Positions 1 to 8,999 of a stretch of DNA of 32,000 nucleotides are shown here, one piece after another. Positions within the stretch are counted from its first letter, which is position 1. Each line of letters starts with the position of its first letter. Source of the stretch: Candidatus Velamenicoccus archaeovorus. Lineage in GTDB: Bacteria > Omnitrophota > Gorgyraeia > Velamenicoccales > Velamenicoccaceae. A model generated the notes under the pieces. It ran no database searches and was not told where the DNA came from. It worked only from the letters and a program-made list of their open reading frames with translations. The stretch lies in assembly GCF_004102945.1 (NCBI RefSeq), contig NZ_CP019384.1, forward strand, positions 420,001-452,000, read 5' to 3'. Both the position numbers and the translations under genes were made by a program.

Positions 1-3
1 GCG

Positions 4-2079
4 ATGATAAAAACTTCCTCGAACTCTCGCCATAAAACGTGGCGGCGCCTGCTTATTATTGTCGCCGGAGTTTTTCTTTTCTGGGCATCGGCAAGCGCTG
101 TGCTGACAGCGATCCTCAATGCACAGCTTTCGGCCTTGAAACCGTTTTTCCGCTCCGAAGGATTGACCCTTGGTCATGGACGCGCCATTTTCAATCTTTT
201 CTCGGGCGCTGTCATTAATAATTTCTACTGCGAGGACAGCGAGGGTTTTCTGTGGCGCATCAAGCGCCTGGGCATCGGCTTCGATGTTTCCTCCGTCCTG
301 CGCGGCAAGGTCGAGATCAAAAATCTTGTTTTCGGGGAGAGTCGCATCGATCCCCGAAGGCTCTTTGCGCATGCGGACGACCTAGGCCGTATCACCGGCC
401 GCCTGGACAGGAATGTCGGTTTTTTTGACACGACATATTTCGGATGCGATCGCCTCAGTCTTGGAGAGAGCGGAGCTGTTGCCATCCAAGGATATCTCTC
501 CCGCCTTCCGGGAGGCCTTTATATCTCCAAGGGAGAGCTGACCCTTTTGTCCGTTGCTTTTTTGCAAAAGGTGGATCCGGCAGCCCTCAACGGAGGCATC
601 GCCGAACCCCTGGATTATCTTCTGGATATACAGGTCAAGGACGGGACGGGGGAGATCCAGCGTTTCGAGATCAATAATGCACTCCTGCATTGTGCGGGTT
701 CAGGCAAGATCAGCGGCGTCGGAACAGACGAGGCCGCCATAGACATGGCGCTCAATGCGCGCCGTCTTATCCTTGACGATCTGCCGGTCATCAACAGCAA
801 GGATATGCAGACGCGCGGTACGGCGGAATTTACGCTTCATCTTGGCGGGCCCTTGAAACGGCCGGACATCCGCGCGACGCTGAAGATCGACAATGCCGAA
901 CAGGAGGTTTTGGACGGTTTGTCCCTGCGCAAGGTGAACGGCACGGTCGTTTATGAGAAGGGCAGGATTTCTTCTTCCCGGATAGATTTTTTTCTTAATC
1001 AGGTCCCTTTTCAGGCAGATTTTTTGGTCGACACCAGCAGGACCCGGCCCCACATTTTTCTGGATTTGAGCTCTGTGCCGCAGGGTAAGGATTCCAGCGA
1101 TCTCGTCGTTAAGCTCGATGCGGATTGGACGCAGGACCTCCGCCTGCGGGGGGAGGCGGGCGGTTCCTGGCGCTATGTGTCCCAGGATCTTGTCCATCAT
1201 ATCGCCTTTGTCGTTAAGGGATTGGAGGCGGGGATCGACCGAGACCTGTCTTTTTCTTCGGACGATGTCCGTCTTTCTTTCGACGTCACATCCGGAAAAG
1301 ACAACAACACCAAAGATGTCTTCCATCGCACCTTCATATTGAAGGACGTCTCGGCCACCGGCAGGAAACAGAAAGAGGGATTCGCGCTGGAACCTTTGAA
1401 GGCCGCCTGTTACGGCGGGACGCTGGAAGGCCGGGTTTTCTTTTATTCGACAACGGCCGGAGCCTTTGGCGCCAATGCGGAAGGGCATGTCCGCGGCATG
1501 GACCTTCAGACTTTTGTCGAGCAGACACCGGAACAGACATCGCTTATCCTTGGCCGCCTGGACGGCGACCTGAAATTCGACACGGAGCTCAAAGATATGC
1601 TCAAGGGGCAGTTTTTTGTGACAAACGGCGTGATCGAACAGAATTCCCTTATGAATGCCGTTGCGGATTTTCTGGGTGTGCCTTCCTTGAAAAAGATCGC
1701 CTTTAAGGATTTGTCCGTTTTTTTTAGCGGCGGCCGCGGAGATTACTCCTCGAAGGTCTCCCTGACGTCGGATGATGTTTCAGCCCTTCTGGAGGGTGAT
1801 GTCACCAGTTACGACACGATGGATGGCTATCTTTCTGTTGTCATTTCCACGCGTCTTCTCAATGAATCGAAACAGTTCAGGAAGATGCTGGTTTACATCA
1901 AGCATGACCAGCCGTCTGTCTCTTTTCCGTTCAAGATTTCTTCTTATATCGAGAGTCCGCGCATCCTGTGGCTCAAAAATGAATTCAAGGAGAAACTCTC
2001 CAATCTTCTGCCGGAGCGCAACAAGCGTTATCTCCAGAAACAGGTCAGTTCCATGGTGGAAGGGATCAAGGTGGAATGA
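4..2079 (+). CDS. AsmA-like envelope protein (N-terminal membrane anchor, large periplasmic domain)
   Basis: 691-aa ORF from ATG at 4. It has an N-terminal hydrophobic anchor (LLIIVAGVFLFWASASAVL) and a long beta-rich body resembling AsmA/TamB-type proteins. The stop overlaps the next start (ATGA at 2076-2079). The family call rests on architecture, not a diagnostic motif. Confidence 0.55.
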   Translation: MIKTSSNSRHKTWRRLLIIVAGVFLFWASASAVLTAILNAQLSALKPFFRSEGLTLGHGRAIFNLFSGAVINNFYCEDSEGFLWRIKRLGIGFDVSSVLRGKVEIKNLVFGESRIDPRRLFAHADDLGRITGRLDRNVGFFDTTYFGCDRLSLGESGAVAIQGYLSRLPGGLYISKGELTLLSVAFLQKVDPAALNGGIAEPLDYLLDIQVKDGTGEIQRFEINNALLHCAGSGKISGVGTDEAAIDMALNARRLILDDLPVINSKDMQTRGTAEFTLHLGGPLKRPDIRATLKIDNAEQEVLDGLSLRKVNGTVVYEKGRISSSRIDFFLNQVPFQADFLVDTSRTRPHIFLDLSSVPQGKDSSDLVVKLDADWTQDLRLRGEAGGSWRYVSQDLVHHIAFVVKGLEAGIDRDLSFSSDDVRLSFDVTSGKDNNTKDVFHRTFILKDVSATGRKQKEGFALEPLKAACYGGTLEGRVFFYSTTAGAFGANAEGHVRGMDLQTFVEQTPEQTSLILGRLDGDLKFDTELKDMLKGQFFVTNGVIEQNSLMNAVADFLGVPSLKKIAFKDLSVFFSGGRGDYSSKVSLTSDDVSALLEGDVTSYDTMDGYLSVVISTRLLNESKQFRKMLVYIKHDQPSVSFPFKISSYIESPRILWLKNEFKEKLSNLLPERNKRYLQKQVSSMVEGIKVE

Positions 2080-2603
2080 TGAGGCGTACGGGACATCGGG
2101 CTGTCCGGGATGCGTCGTGGGCGGGTTGCAGGGTGGCGGTGGCCACGGTCAGTGATTCATGCGCAGCCGGTTCGAAAAAGGACGCCAGCGGTCCTCTTTT
2201 GAAAAGACTCCTGGAATCGCTCGGAGCGGACGTCATTTCTTGCGAGATCGTGGCGGATGATTTGCCGAAGATCGCCGGTTTGCTCAAAGGCTACGCCGAT
2301 GCATTCAAGGTTGACGTCGTTTTGACAACGGGGGGAACAGGCCTGGGTCCGCGGGACGTGACGCCGGAGGCTACACGGTCCGTCCTCGATAGGGAGGCGC
2401 CGGGTCTGGCCGAATGGATCCGTGCGCGGGGCGCTGAAAAGACCTCGCGGGCCGTCTTGTCGCGGGGGGTGTGCGGATTAAGGGGCCGCACGCTCATCAT
2501 CAATCTTCCCGGCAGCCCTAAAGGTGCGGCCGAGTCTTTTGAGGCCGTTGCCGGACTCGTGCCTCATGCGTTGGCGATGGCCAGGGGTGAAGGGCATGCC
2601 TAG
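2076..2603 (+). CDS. Molybdenum cofactor biosynthesis protein, MogA/MoaB family
   Basis: Carries the TTGGTGLGPRDVTPEAT signature and the INLPGSPKG motif typical of MogA/MoaB. The start is coupled to the upstream stop by ATGA. The first ~20 aa look like an extension, so the true start could be an internal GTG before VAVATVSD. Confidence 0.8.
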   Translation: MMRRTGHRAVRDASWAGCRVAVATVSDSCAAGSKKDASGPLLKRLLESLGADVISCEIVADDLPKIAGLLKGYADAFKVDVVLTTGGTGLGPRDVTPEATRSVLDREAPGLAEWIRARGAEKTSRAVLSRGVCGLRGRTLIINLPGSPKGAAESFEAVAGLVPHALAMARGEGHA

Positions 2604-2642
2604 CGGCGAATCTCCAATGCCGTTTTCTTTGAAGGTGATTTC

Positions 2643-2651
2643 TGTTATAAT
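2643..2651 (+). promoter_or_regulatory. Candidate extended -10 promoter (TGTTATAAT) upstream of the molybdoenzyme operon
   Basis: TGnTATAAT match at 2643-2651, 39 nt upstream of the ATG at 2690, in an 86-bp AT-rich gap. There is no good -35 at canonical spacing. Confidence 0.3.
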
Positions 2652-2689
2652 TCTTCTGCCCTGAGAGGGCAAAATGAGGCCATAGCGAT

Positions 2690-3523
2690 ATGCCGATATT
2701 AAAGGATTTTCGTTATCACGCACCTGTTTCCGTTGACGAGGCGCTGGCACTCTTGCGCAAGTGTGAAAAACCGGTCGTTTTGGCCGGCGGAACCTTTGTG
2801 TTGAATACCCTTAAAAAAACCGCCGCTTATCCGACAGATGTCATCGGTCTCAGGAAGATTGCACCGTTGCACGGCATCAGGGATACGGCAAGGGAGACGG
2901 CGATCGGCAGCATGACGACGCTGGCCGAGATTGCATCGTCTCCCGTCATCCGTGAGCATTTTGCGGTTTTGGCCGAAGCTGCGGCCCGTGCGGCGACCAC
3001 CCCTTTACGCCATATGGCGACGATCGGCGGCAACGTGGCGAGCCGTTTCTTCTGGGTCGACCTGCCCGTCGTCCTCATGGCGCTCGGCGCCAAAGCGGCC
3101 TGGTCCGGCGTCAAAACAAAAAAGACATTAACCATCGAAGACTTTCTCGCCCTGACGGGCCAGGAGGCCAGAGGCATCTTGACGGAAATCGTTTTGCCCA
3201 AGAGCGGCCTGACCGGAGTTTATTTCCGCCATACACAGACTATAGAAGTGGATGTCCCTATTGTCGCTATCGCCTTTGCGGCCCGGCGGCAGGCAGATGC
3301 GGTCAAAGACGTACGCTGTATCGTGAATACGACGCTCTCGCGGCCCGTGCGCCTGGCGGGGACGGCGTCTTATTTTGAGACGACGGACATCAAAAAGTGG
3401 AAGGCTGCGGAGGCGGCAGAGGCGCTTCGGGGCGATCTACAGCAGAGCAAGCTCGATGACTACCGCCTGCATTGTCTCTGCGCCGATCTGGAATTGTTGA
3501 TCGGCAAATTCAAACAAACATGA
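2690..3523 (+). CDS. Xanthine dehydrogenase/CO dehydrogenase-family FAD-binding (medium) subunit
   Basis: 277 aa with LAGGTFVL (the AGGT FAD-binding motif) near the N-terminus. Size and position (first in a medium-small-large order) match CoxM/XdhB-like subunits. The stop overlaps the next start (ATGA at 3520-3523). Confidence 0.8.
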   Translation: MPILKDFRYHAPVSVDEALALLRKCEKPVVLAGGTFVLNTLKKTAAYPTDVIGLRKIAPLHGIRDTARETAIGSMTTLAEIASSPVIREHFAVLAEAAARAATTPLRHMATIGGNVASRFFWVDLPVVLMALGAKAAWSGVKTKKTLTIEDFLALTGQEARGILTEIVLPKSGLTGVYFRHTQTIEVDVPIVAIAFAARRQADAVKDVRCIVNTTLSRPVRLAGTASYFETTDIKKWKAAEAAEALRGDLQQSKLDDYRLHCLCADLELLIGKFKQT

Positions 3524-3993
3524 AAACTGTAACCCTGGATGTTAACGGCAAGGTATTTTGTCTGGATGTTCCCGACGGAGAGCTTCTGATCGAGACGTTG
3601 CGGGACCGTTTGGGGCTCCTGGGTACGAAATACAGTTGCCTGGAGGGCGATTGCGGCGTCTGCACGGTGCTGGCGGACGGAAAGAACGTCTTGTCCTGCC
3701 TGATGTTGACCGTTGAAGCCGAGGGTCGAAAAATCATGACCATCGAAGGGCTGACCCAAGGGTCGTCTCTGCATCCCATCCAGCAGGCATTTATCGACGA
3801 AGGCGCTGTCCAATGCGGCTTCTGCACGCCGGGCATGGTCTTGGCATCCAAATCCCTTTTGGATCGTTGTCCTTTGCCGACAAAAGAAGAGATCGCCCAT
3901 GCCCTGGACGGCAATCTCTGCCGTTGCACGGGTTATGTGCGTATCATCAATGCTGTTTTGTCTGCGGCCCAAAAGATGAAGAAGACCTCATGA
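3520..3993 (+). CDS. Xanthine dehydrogenase-family [2Fe-2S]-binding small subunit
   Basis: Has CLEGDCGVCTV (plant-type ferredoxin cluster) plus QCGFCTPG and CRCTGY (second 2Fe-2S cluster). I moved the start from the track's 3472 to ATG 3520 (MKTVTLDVNGK), which overlaps the upstream stop. Confidence 0.9.
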   Translation: MKTVTLDVNGKVFCLDVPDGELLIETLRDRLGLLGTKYSCLEGDCGVCTVLADGKNVLSCLMLTVEAEGRKIMTIEGLTQGSSLHPIQQAFIDEGAVQCGFCTPGMVLASKSLLDRCPLPTKEEIAHALDGNLCRCTGYVRIINAVLSAAQKMKKTS

Positions 3994-6308
3994 AGACGAC
4001 GAGCCCCGTAGGGAAAAGCGTGCCTCGCATCGATGCGCGTCAGAAGGTGACGGGAGAGGCGACGTATGTCTTTGACCTCAAGTTCCCCGGCATGCTTGTC
4101 GGCAAGATGCTGCGCAGTCCCCATGCGCACGCCCGGATCGTCAAGATCGACACTTCAAAAGCCGAAAAGCTCCCAGGCGTGCGGGCGGTCGTGACGGCTG
4201 AGGACACGCCGAAGATCAAGTTTGGCTCCAATGAATATTTCTTTCCTTATACCGTCGACCAATATCCCCTGGAATTCGAGAAGGTCCGTTATATCGGCGA
4301 TGAGATCGCTGCGGTTGCGGCCGTAGACGAGGCGACAGCTGAGCAGGCCCTTTCCTTGATCGATGTTCAATATGAGGTCCTGCCGGCGGTCTTTGATGCG
4401 GTGGCGGCGATGAAACCGGGGGCGCCGCAGATCCATGCGGCGAGGAATAACATCGGCGTCATGCTGCCGGTCTGCTTCGGCGACCCCGACCGCGCCCTTA
4501 GGGAATCGGATTACGTGCACGAGGATGTGTTTGTCCTGCCGAGCGCGGCGCATGCGGCGCTGGAACCTCACGTTTGCATCGGGCAGTATGAGGTGTCGAC
4601 GGACAGGATCACGCTTTGGTCGTCGACGCAGGCGCCCTTCAAGATCCGGGAGGCCATGGCCAAAACGCTCAAGATGCAGGAGGCGGATATCCGCGTCATC
4701 AAATTGAACGTCGGCGGGGGGTTCGGCGGTAAGCTTGAGATGTTCCCCATGGATTTCTGCGCCTGCCTCTTGTCCAAAAAGTGCGGCGGCGCGCCGGTCA
4801 AGATGATGTGCACGAGACAGGAGGTTTTTTCCTGCACGCGGCGCAAACACCCCATGATCTATAAGCTGAAGTCAGGGGTCAAGAAAGACGGGACCCTCAT
4901 GGCGATCACCGGCGAGGTCATTGCCGACGGCGGGGCGTATTGCAGCTACGGCCCGACGGTCATCGCAGCGGGGATCATGCGTTTCATGATGGTTTATCAG
5001 TTGAAGAATATCCGACTCTTTGGTTCACGCGTTTATACAAATAATTCGATCTCCGGCGCCATCCGTGGTTTCGGCGGCGTGCAGTCGGGTTTTGCCATCG
5101 AGTCGCACATGGACATGCTGGCGCGCGGCATCGGCATGGACCCTGTCGAGTTTCGCCTCAAGAATACGACGGATCCTAATACGCTGACGATCAACAAGAT
5201 GATCATTTCCTCCAACGGCCTCAAGGATTGTATCAGGAAGGCGGCCGAGATTTCCGGATGGAGAGAGAAGTACGGCGCCAAAAAAGAGACGTCACCCGGT
5301 GTCTTGCGCGGCATCGGTATCGGTATCGCGGCGGACGTCATGGGGTCCAAGATGTACAAGTCGCATGAATCCGCCGGTTCCATCATCAAGGTGGAGGAGG
5401 ATGGATCGGTATATCTTTTTACGGGCGCGGCGGATACGGGCCAGGGATCGGATACGGCCATGGCGCAGATCGCGGCGCACGAACTGGGTGTGGCCTATGA
5501 GAGGATCCGCATCAAGGCGGCCGATACCGAGATCACGCCTTTTGACACGGGGAGTTTTGCCAGCCGCGTGACGTTCATCTCAGGCAATGCCACCAAGAAC
5601 GCAGCCACCGACGCCAAACGTCAGATCCTGGAGGTTGTCGCGCAGGAATTAAAGCTCGGCGTCCAGGATCTGGATATCGAGGACGAACAGGTGGTCAATA
5701 AAAAGAGCGGAAAGATGCTTCTTTCTTTCGACCAGGCGGTGGTTTTATGCTATTCCTTCAATTATGGCCGTCTCATCATCGGCCGGGGCAGCTATAATCC
5801 CAAAACAACGCCCATTGATTTCCGCACGGGAGAGGGGAATATCTCCGGCAGCTATGGTTTTGAAGCCCAGATCGCCGAAGTCGAGGTCGACACGAAGACG
5901 GGACGGGTGAAGGTGTTGAAAATGTATGATGTCCACGACATCGGCTATCCCATCAATCCGGCGAGTGTCCACGGGCAGATCGAAGGGTCTATCGTCATGG
6001 GCCTGGGATATACGCTTTACGAAGATTTGAAGTTCAAGGAAGGCCGCGTCGTCAACCCTTCTTTTTCCAAATACCGTATTCCGCGCTCCACGGAGATGAT
6101 CCCGATAGAATCTGTTTTTATCGAGACCAACGATCCCCAGGGGCCGTTCGGCGCCAAGGGGATGGGAGAGGCTTCGCTCTTGCCGACGGCCGCGGCCATC
6201 GCCAATGCCATTTACGACGCCGTCGGTGTCCAGATCAAGGATCTGCCGATCACGCCCCAGAAGGTCCTGGCGGCCCTGAAAGATATCAAGAACAAAAAGC
6301 AGGAGTAG
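3990..6308 (+). CDS. Xanthine dehydrogenase/aldehyde oxidoreductase-family molybdopterin-binding large subunit
   Basis: About 772 aa with the NVGGGFGGK motif and a C-terminal GMGEASLLP motif holding the catalytic Glu context. I moved the start from 3813 to ATG 3990 (MKTTSPVGKSVPRIDARQKVTGEA), which overlaps the small-subunit stop. Substrate cannot be deduced. Confidence 0.9.
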   Translation: MKTTSPVGKSVPRIDARQKVTGEATYVFDLKFPGMLVGKMLRSPHAHARIVKIDTSKAEKLPGVRAVVTAEDTPKIKFGSNEYFFPYTVDQYPLEFEKVRYIGDEIAAVAAVDEATAEQALSLIDVQYEVLPAVFDAVAAMKPGAPQIHAARNNIGVMLPVCFGDPDRALRESDYVHEDVFVLPSAAHAALEPHVCIGQYEVSTDRITLWSSTQAPFKIREAMAKTLKMQEADIRVIKLNVGGGFGGKLEMFPMDFCACLLSKKCGGAPVKMMCTRQEVFSCTRRKHPMIYKLKSGVKKDGTLMAITGEVIADGGAYCSYGPTVIAAGIMRFMMVYQLKNIRLFGSRVYTNNSISGAIRGFGGVQSGFAIESHMDMLARGIGMDPVEFRLKNTTDPNTLTINKMIISSNGLKDCIRKAAEISGWREKYGAKKETSPGVLRGIGIGIAADVMGSKMYKSHESAGSIIKVEEDGSVYLFTGAADTGQGSDTAMAQIAAHELGVAYERIRIKAADTEITPFDTGSFASRVTFISGNATKNAATDAKRQILEVVAQELKLGVQDLDIEDEQVVNKKSGKMLLSFDQAVVLCYSFNYGRLIIGRGSYNPKTTPIDFRTGEGNISGSYGFEAQIAEVEVDTKTGRVKVLKMYDVHDIGYPINPASVHGQIEGSIVMGLGYTLYEDLKFKEGRVVNPSFSKYRIPRSTEMIPIESVFIETNDPQGPFGAKGMGEASLLPTAAAIANAIYDAVGVQIKDLPITPQKVLAALKDIKNKKQE

Positions 6309-6356
6309 GACGCGCGGCTAGAAGCGGCAGGCATTAAGGAAAGACGCCGGCGGAAA

Positions 6357-6956
6357 TCAGCCGCCGAGTGAAGTTTTGTTTCTGATCTTTTCAAATTCGA
6401 GGGGTGTATTAAAAGACAGGGCGACTCCCTCGTCGCAGACGGGGAGTTTGAGGATCTCGGAGGCGTGGATCTGTTGGACGGTCGAAAGGGGCGCTTCGTC
6501 GCTCAGTTTTGCGAATTCCGCAAAGAGGGTTTTCGAAAAGACGGGCGGATGGCCCCCTCGGCCTTTATAGGTCGGTACCAAGATCGGAAAAGGGTTTTTT
6601 AGGAACGTCTCGACGATCGTGTCGATGGTCTCGGGCAGGACGAAGGGCGTATCGGCGGGAAGCAGCAGGACGCCTTCGGTATCAGCCGAGACGGCCGTCA
6701 ATCCTTTTTTGAACGATGACGTCTGCCCGCGGGTGAAACTTTCATTGAAGATGCATTTGATCCTGGGATCACGGCAAACACAAGGGCGGATAGCGTCGGC
6801 ATCGGCGCCGAGGACGACAAGGATCTCTCCCAGCTGCGTTTTGAGCAGTTGTTCCGATAGGAACGAGATCAGCGGCCGGGAGTGGAGGCGGGTGAGCGGC
6901 TTTGGAGAGCCGAAACGGCTGCTGGCCCCTGCAGCAAGCACAATACAGGAAACCAT
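6357..6956 (-). CDS. mocA: MobA/MocA-like molybdenum cofactor nucleotidyltransferase (probable cytidylyltransferase)
   Basis: Has IVLAAGASSRFGSPKPL, a GQTSSFKKGL-type motif, LLLPADTPFV and GRGGHPPVF, the typical NTP_transf_3 MobA/MocA pattern. It sits next to XdhC and the XO-family enzyme. Confidence 0.75.
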   Translation of the reverse strand: MVSCIVLAAGASSRFGSPKPLTRLHSRPLISFLSEQLLKTQLGEILVVLGADADAIRPCVCRDPRIKCIFNESFTRGQTSSFKKGLTAVSADTEGVLLLPADTPFVLPETIDTIVETFLKNPFPILVPTYKGRGGHPPVFSKTLFAEFAKLSDEAPLSTVQQIHASEILKLPVCDEGVALSFNTPLEFEKIRNKTSLGG

Positions 6957-6973
6957 AAGTTCATTCTAAAACA

Positions 6974-7738
6974 ATGCATGAGATAATCAACAGGATTCTT
7001 GAGATTTCGCGCCGCGGCCGGTCGTGCGTGGTCGCGACCGTTGTCGCTTCTTCGGGGTCGTCTCCCCGCAAGATCGGCGCGCGGATGCTTGTTTGTGACG
7101 ACGCGGCCACCTTTGGCACGGTGGGGGGCGGCAGTCTTGAAAAACTGGCGATCGGCGATGCTTCGGCCGCTCTAAAAAAGAAGATGTCGTTTCTCAAAAC
7201 TTATTCTTTGAAGAAGGGCGACGGCCTCCAGGTTTGCGGCGGCGAGGTCAGCATTTACTATGATGTTGTCTCTCCGCGCCGGCATTTGGTTATCGCCGGC
7301 GGCGGCCATATCGGGCTGAGCCTGTCTTTGATCGCCAAGCTTCTGGGATACGAGGTGACGGTCGTCGATAACCGTAAAGAATATGCTTCCCGGAGCCGGT
7401 TTCCTCATGTTGATCACGTCGTTTGCGGCCGTTATGAGGTTGCTTTGCCGAAGGCTGCTATCGATGAGGCGACGGCCATCGTGATCGTGACGCACGGCCA
7501 TCTTCACGATGCCGTCGCGTTACGCTTGGCCTTGAAGAGCAAAGCTGGTTATATCGGGATGATCGGCAGTCGTGCCAAGATCGCGCATATCTTTAGCCAG
7601 ATGCGCCGCCTGGGATTCAGTCCGGCACGGTTGAAGCAGGTCCATACACCTATAGGCCTTGATATCGGCGCCGAGTCGCCGGAAGAGATCGCCGTGGCGA
7701 TTGCGGCAGAGTTGATACAGGAATATAGGCAAGCGTAG
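6974..7738 (+). CDS. xdhC: XdhC/CoxI-family molybdoenzyme maturation factor
   Basis: 254 aa with an N-terminal XdhC_CoxI-like region (SSGSSPRKIGARMLV) and a C-terminal Rossmann region (LVIAGGGHIGLSL ... YIGMIGSRAK). Confidence 0.8.
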   Translation: MHEIINRILEISRRGRSCVVATVVASSGSSPRKIGARMLVCDDAATFGTVGGGSLEKLAIGDASAALKKKMSFLKTYSLKKGDGLQVCGGEVSIYYDVVSPRRHLVIAGGGHIGLSLSLIAKLLGYEVTVVDNRKEYASRSRFPHVDHVVCGRYEVALPKAAIDEATAIVIVTHGHLHDAVALRLALKSKAGYIGMIGSRAKIAHIFSQMRRLGFSPARLKQVHTPIGLDIGAESPEEIAVAIAAELIQEYRQA

Positions 7739-7743
7739 CGAAA

Positions 7744-7904
7744 TTAAGAAATAAACGTCACTCCTCGCCTAAACACTCGAAAATTTATTGCCAGGGTTAG
7801 GCCGTCGGCCTGGCGCAGCCGGCCAGGACGGCCATCCGGCGGAAATTTCCTGCGTAGCCGCAGGGTTGATTTTGTAAGGTAAGAACCTTGGTATAGACAA
7901 AATC
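7744..7904 (+). repeat. Modular hairpin repeat, copy 1 (L module, long GC-rich hairpin, terminal hairpin; no 45-nt units)
   Basis: TTAAGAAATAAACGTCACTCCTCGCCTAAACACTCG aligns with the L modules at 9006, 16490 and 25547. It has an internal GC-rich hairpin (GGCCGTC...GACGGCC) and a terminal stem GATTTTGT (7868-7875) / ACAAAATC (7897-7904). Confidence 0.7.
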
Positions 7905-7917
7905 AAGGAGGTTATGT

Positions 7918-8328
7918 ATGTCTTTAGATATTATTCGACAGATGATCTTTGAGGCCGGGATGGGATACCTGGCGACATGCGATGCAGACCAGCCGCGGGT
8001 GAGGGCGATGATGCCTGTTATGGGGGATGACGGCAGATTGCTGGCGGCGACGTTTCCAGCTACAAAGAAGATCGGCCAAATCGCCAAGAACCCTAAGGTC
8101 GAGGTTTGTTTTGTCGATAGGAAGCTCAGCCATTGCCGCATAGAAGGCAAGGCCTCTGTCAGCCAGGAGCAGGCATTGAAAGAAGAATTGTGGAATAAGC
8201 AGATGATGCTCAGGCAGTTTTTTTCAGGGCCCGAAGATCCGGCCTTCATCCTGATCGTCATTGTGCCTTCCAGGATCTCCTTGATGAACATCGGAGATAA
8301 GGGGTATACGGAAGTCCCTTTAGCATAA
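7918..8328 (+). CDS. Pyridoxamine 5'-phosphate oxidase-like (general stress protein 26-like) FMN-binding protein
   Basis: 136 aa. GYLATCDADQPRVRAMMPV, KKIGQIAKNPKVEVCF and the overall size fit the PNPOx-like split-barrel family. A strong SD (AAGGAGG) lies 7 nt upstream. Confidence 0.6.
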   Translation: MSLDIIRQMIFEAGMGYLATCDADQPRVRAMMPVMGDDGRLLAATFPATKKIGQIAKNPKVEVCFVDRKLSHCRIEGKASVSQEQALKEELWNKQMMLRQFFSGPEDPAFILIVIVPSRISLMNIGDKGYTEVPLA

Positions 8329-8350
8329 TTTCAAGAAGCGGATAACGAAG

Positions 8351-8722
8351 ATGAAACACAAGATGCGGCATGGGGTAATATGTCGTGCCTGCGGTTTTGG
8401 GCGTTGTTGCCGTGACGGCGTTGAGGTTGATCTGTTCGAGGCGGCGCGGATCCTAAAACAGCTCCGGAATCGACCATTGGGTCTGGCCAAACCGTGGTTC
8501 CGTTATCTTCGCGCCGACAAGAGATCTCCATCCGGGTTTGTCTTTTCGACGATCGTCAGGGACAAGAGGTGCGTTTTTCAAGACAAGAATATGCGCTGCA
8601 GGATTTATCCGATCCGGCCCCGTTACTGCCGGGAATTTCCCCTGGAGGACGGCCGAGTGGCGCCTTATTATCATCTGCTTTGTCATCACGCCCCGGGCCG
8701 CAGGCATAAAAGGAATCCATGA
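8351..8722 (+). CDS. YkgJ-family (UPF0153) cysteine-cluster protein
   Basis: Has the N-terminal CRACGFGRCCRDG (CxxCGxxxCC) motif and a later C-rich segment (CVFQDKNMRCRIYPIRPRYCREFP), characteristic of YkgJ zinc/iron-chelating proteins. Confidence 0.65.
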   Translation: MKHKMRHGVICRACGFGRCCRDGVEVDLFEAARILKQLRNRPLGLAKPWFRYLRADKRSPSGFVFSTIVRDKRCVFQDKNMRCRIYPIRPRYCREFPLEDGRVAPYYHLLCHHAPGRRHKRNP

Positions 8723-8979
8723 AGACGATAGCCTTGATCGCCGCCGTCGTTCTTCCTCTGTGGAACATTCCTTTGATTATCAAGATCCATAAGAGGCGAT
8801 CGGCCGAGGATTTCAGCCGTTCTTGGGCATTGGGTGTATGGATATGCCTGATCGCCATGCTGCCTGCAGCTTTGCGGTCGGATGACATCGTTTTTAAGAC
8901 CTACAGTATCGTGAATTTTATCCTTTTTTCCTTGGTCGTCGGCTGGGTGTTGAGGTTTAAGCGGAAAGCGCATCATTGA
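8719..8979 (+). CDS. Small 3-TM membrane protein, SemiSWEET/PQ-loop-like
   Basis: 86 aa with three hydrophobic helices. After TM1 there is an IPLIIKIHKRRSAEDFS segment, which has the PQ-loop-like position and basic stretch but with PQ replaced by PL. The start overlaps the upstream stop (ATGA). Confidence 0.45.
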   Translation: MKTIALIAAVVLPLWNIPLIIKIHKRRSAEDFSRSWALGVWICLIAMLPAALRSDDIVFKTYSIVNFILFSLVVGWVLRFKRKAHH

Positions 8980-8980
8980 A

Positions 8981-8999
8981 GAAGTTTCTAAAAGGAGCA
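8981..8999 (+). repeat. Left copy of a perfect 19-bp direct repeat (GAAGTTTCTAAAAGGAGCA) flanking repeat copy 2
   Basis: Identical 19-mer at 9171-9189. Similarity continues imperfectly for ~9 more nt (GAATGAAGG vs AAATTAATG). Confidence 0.9.

Noticed and set aside
3813-3989. Upstream extensions of the Mo large subunit (3813) and the 2Fe-2S subunit (3472) in the ORF track.
   Set aside because: The extensions overlap the preceding genes in another frame. Conserved N-termini start at ATGs 3990 and 3520, each forming an ATGA overlap with the upstream stop.
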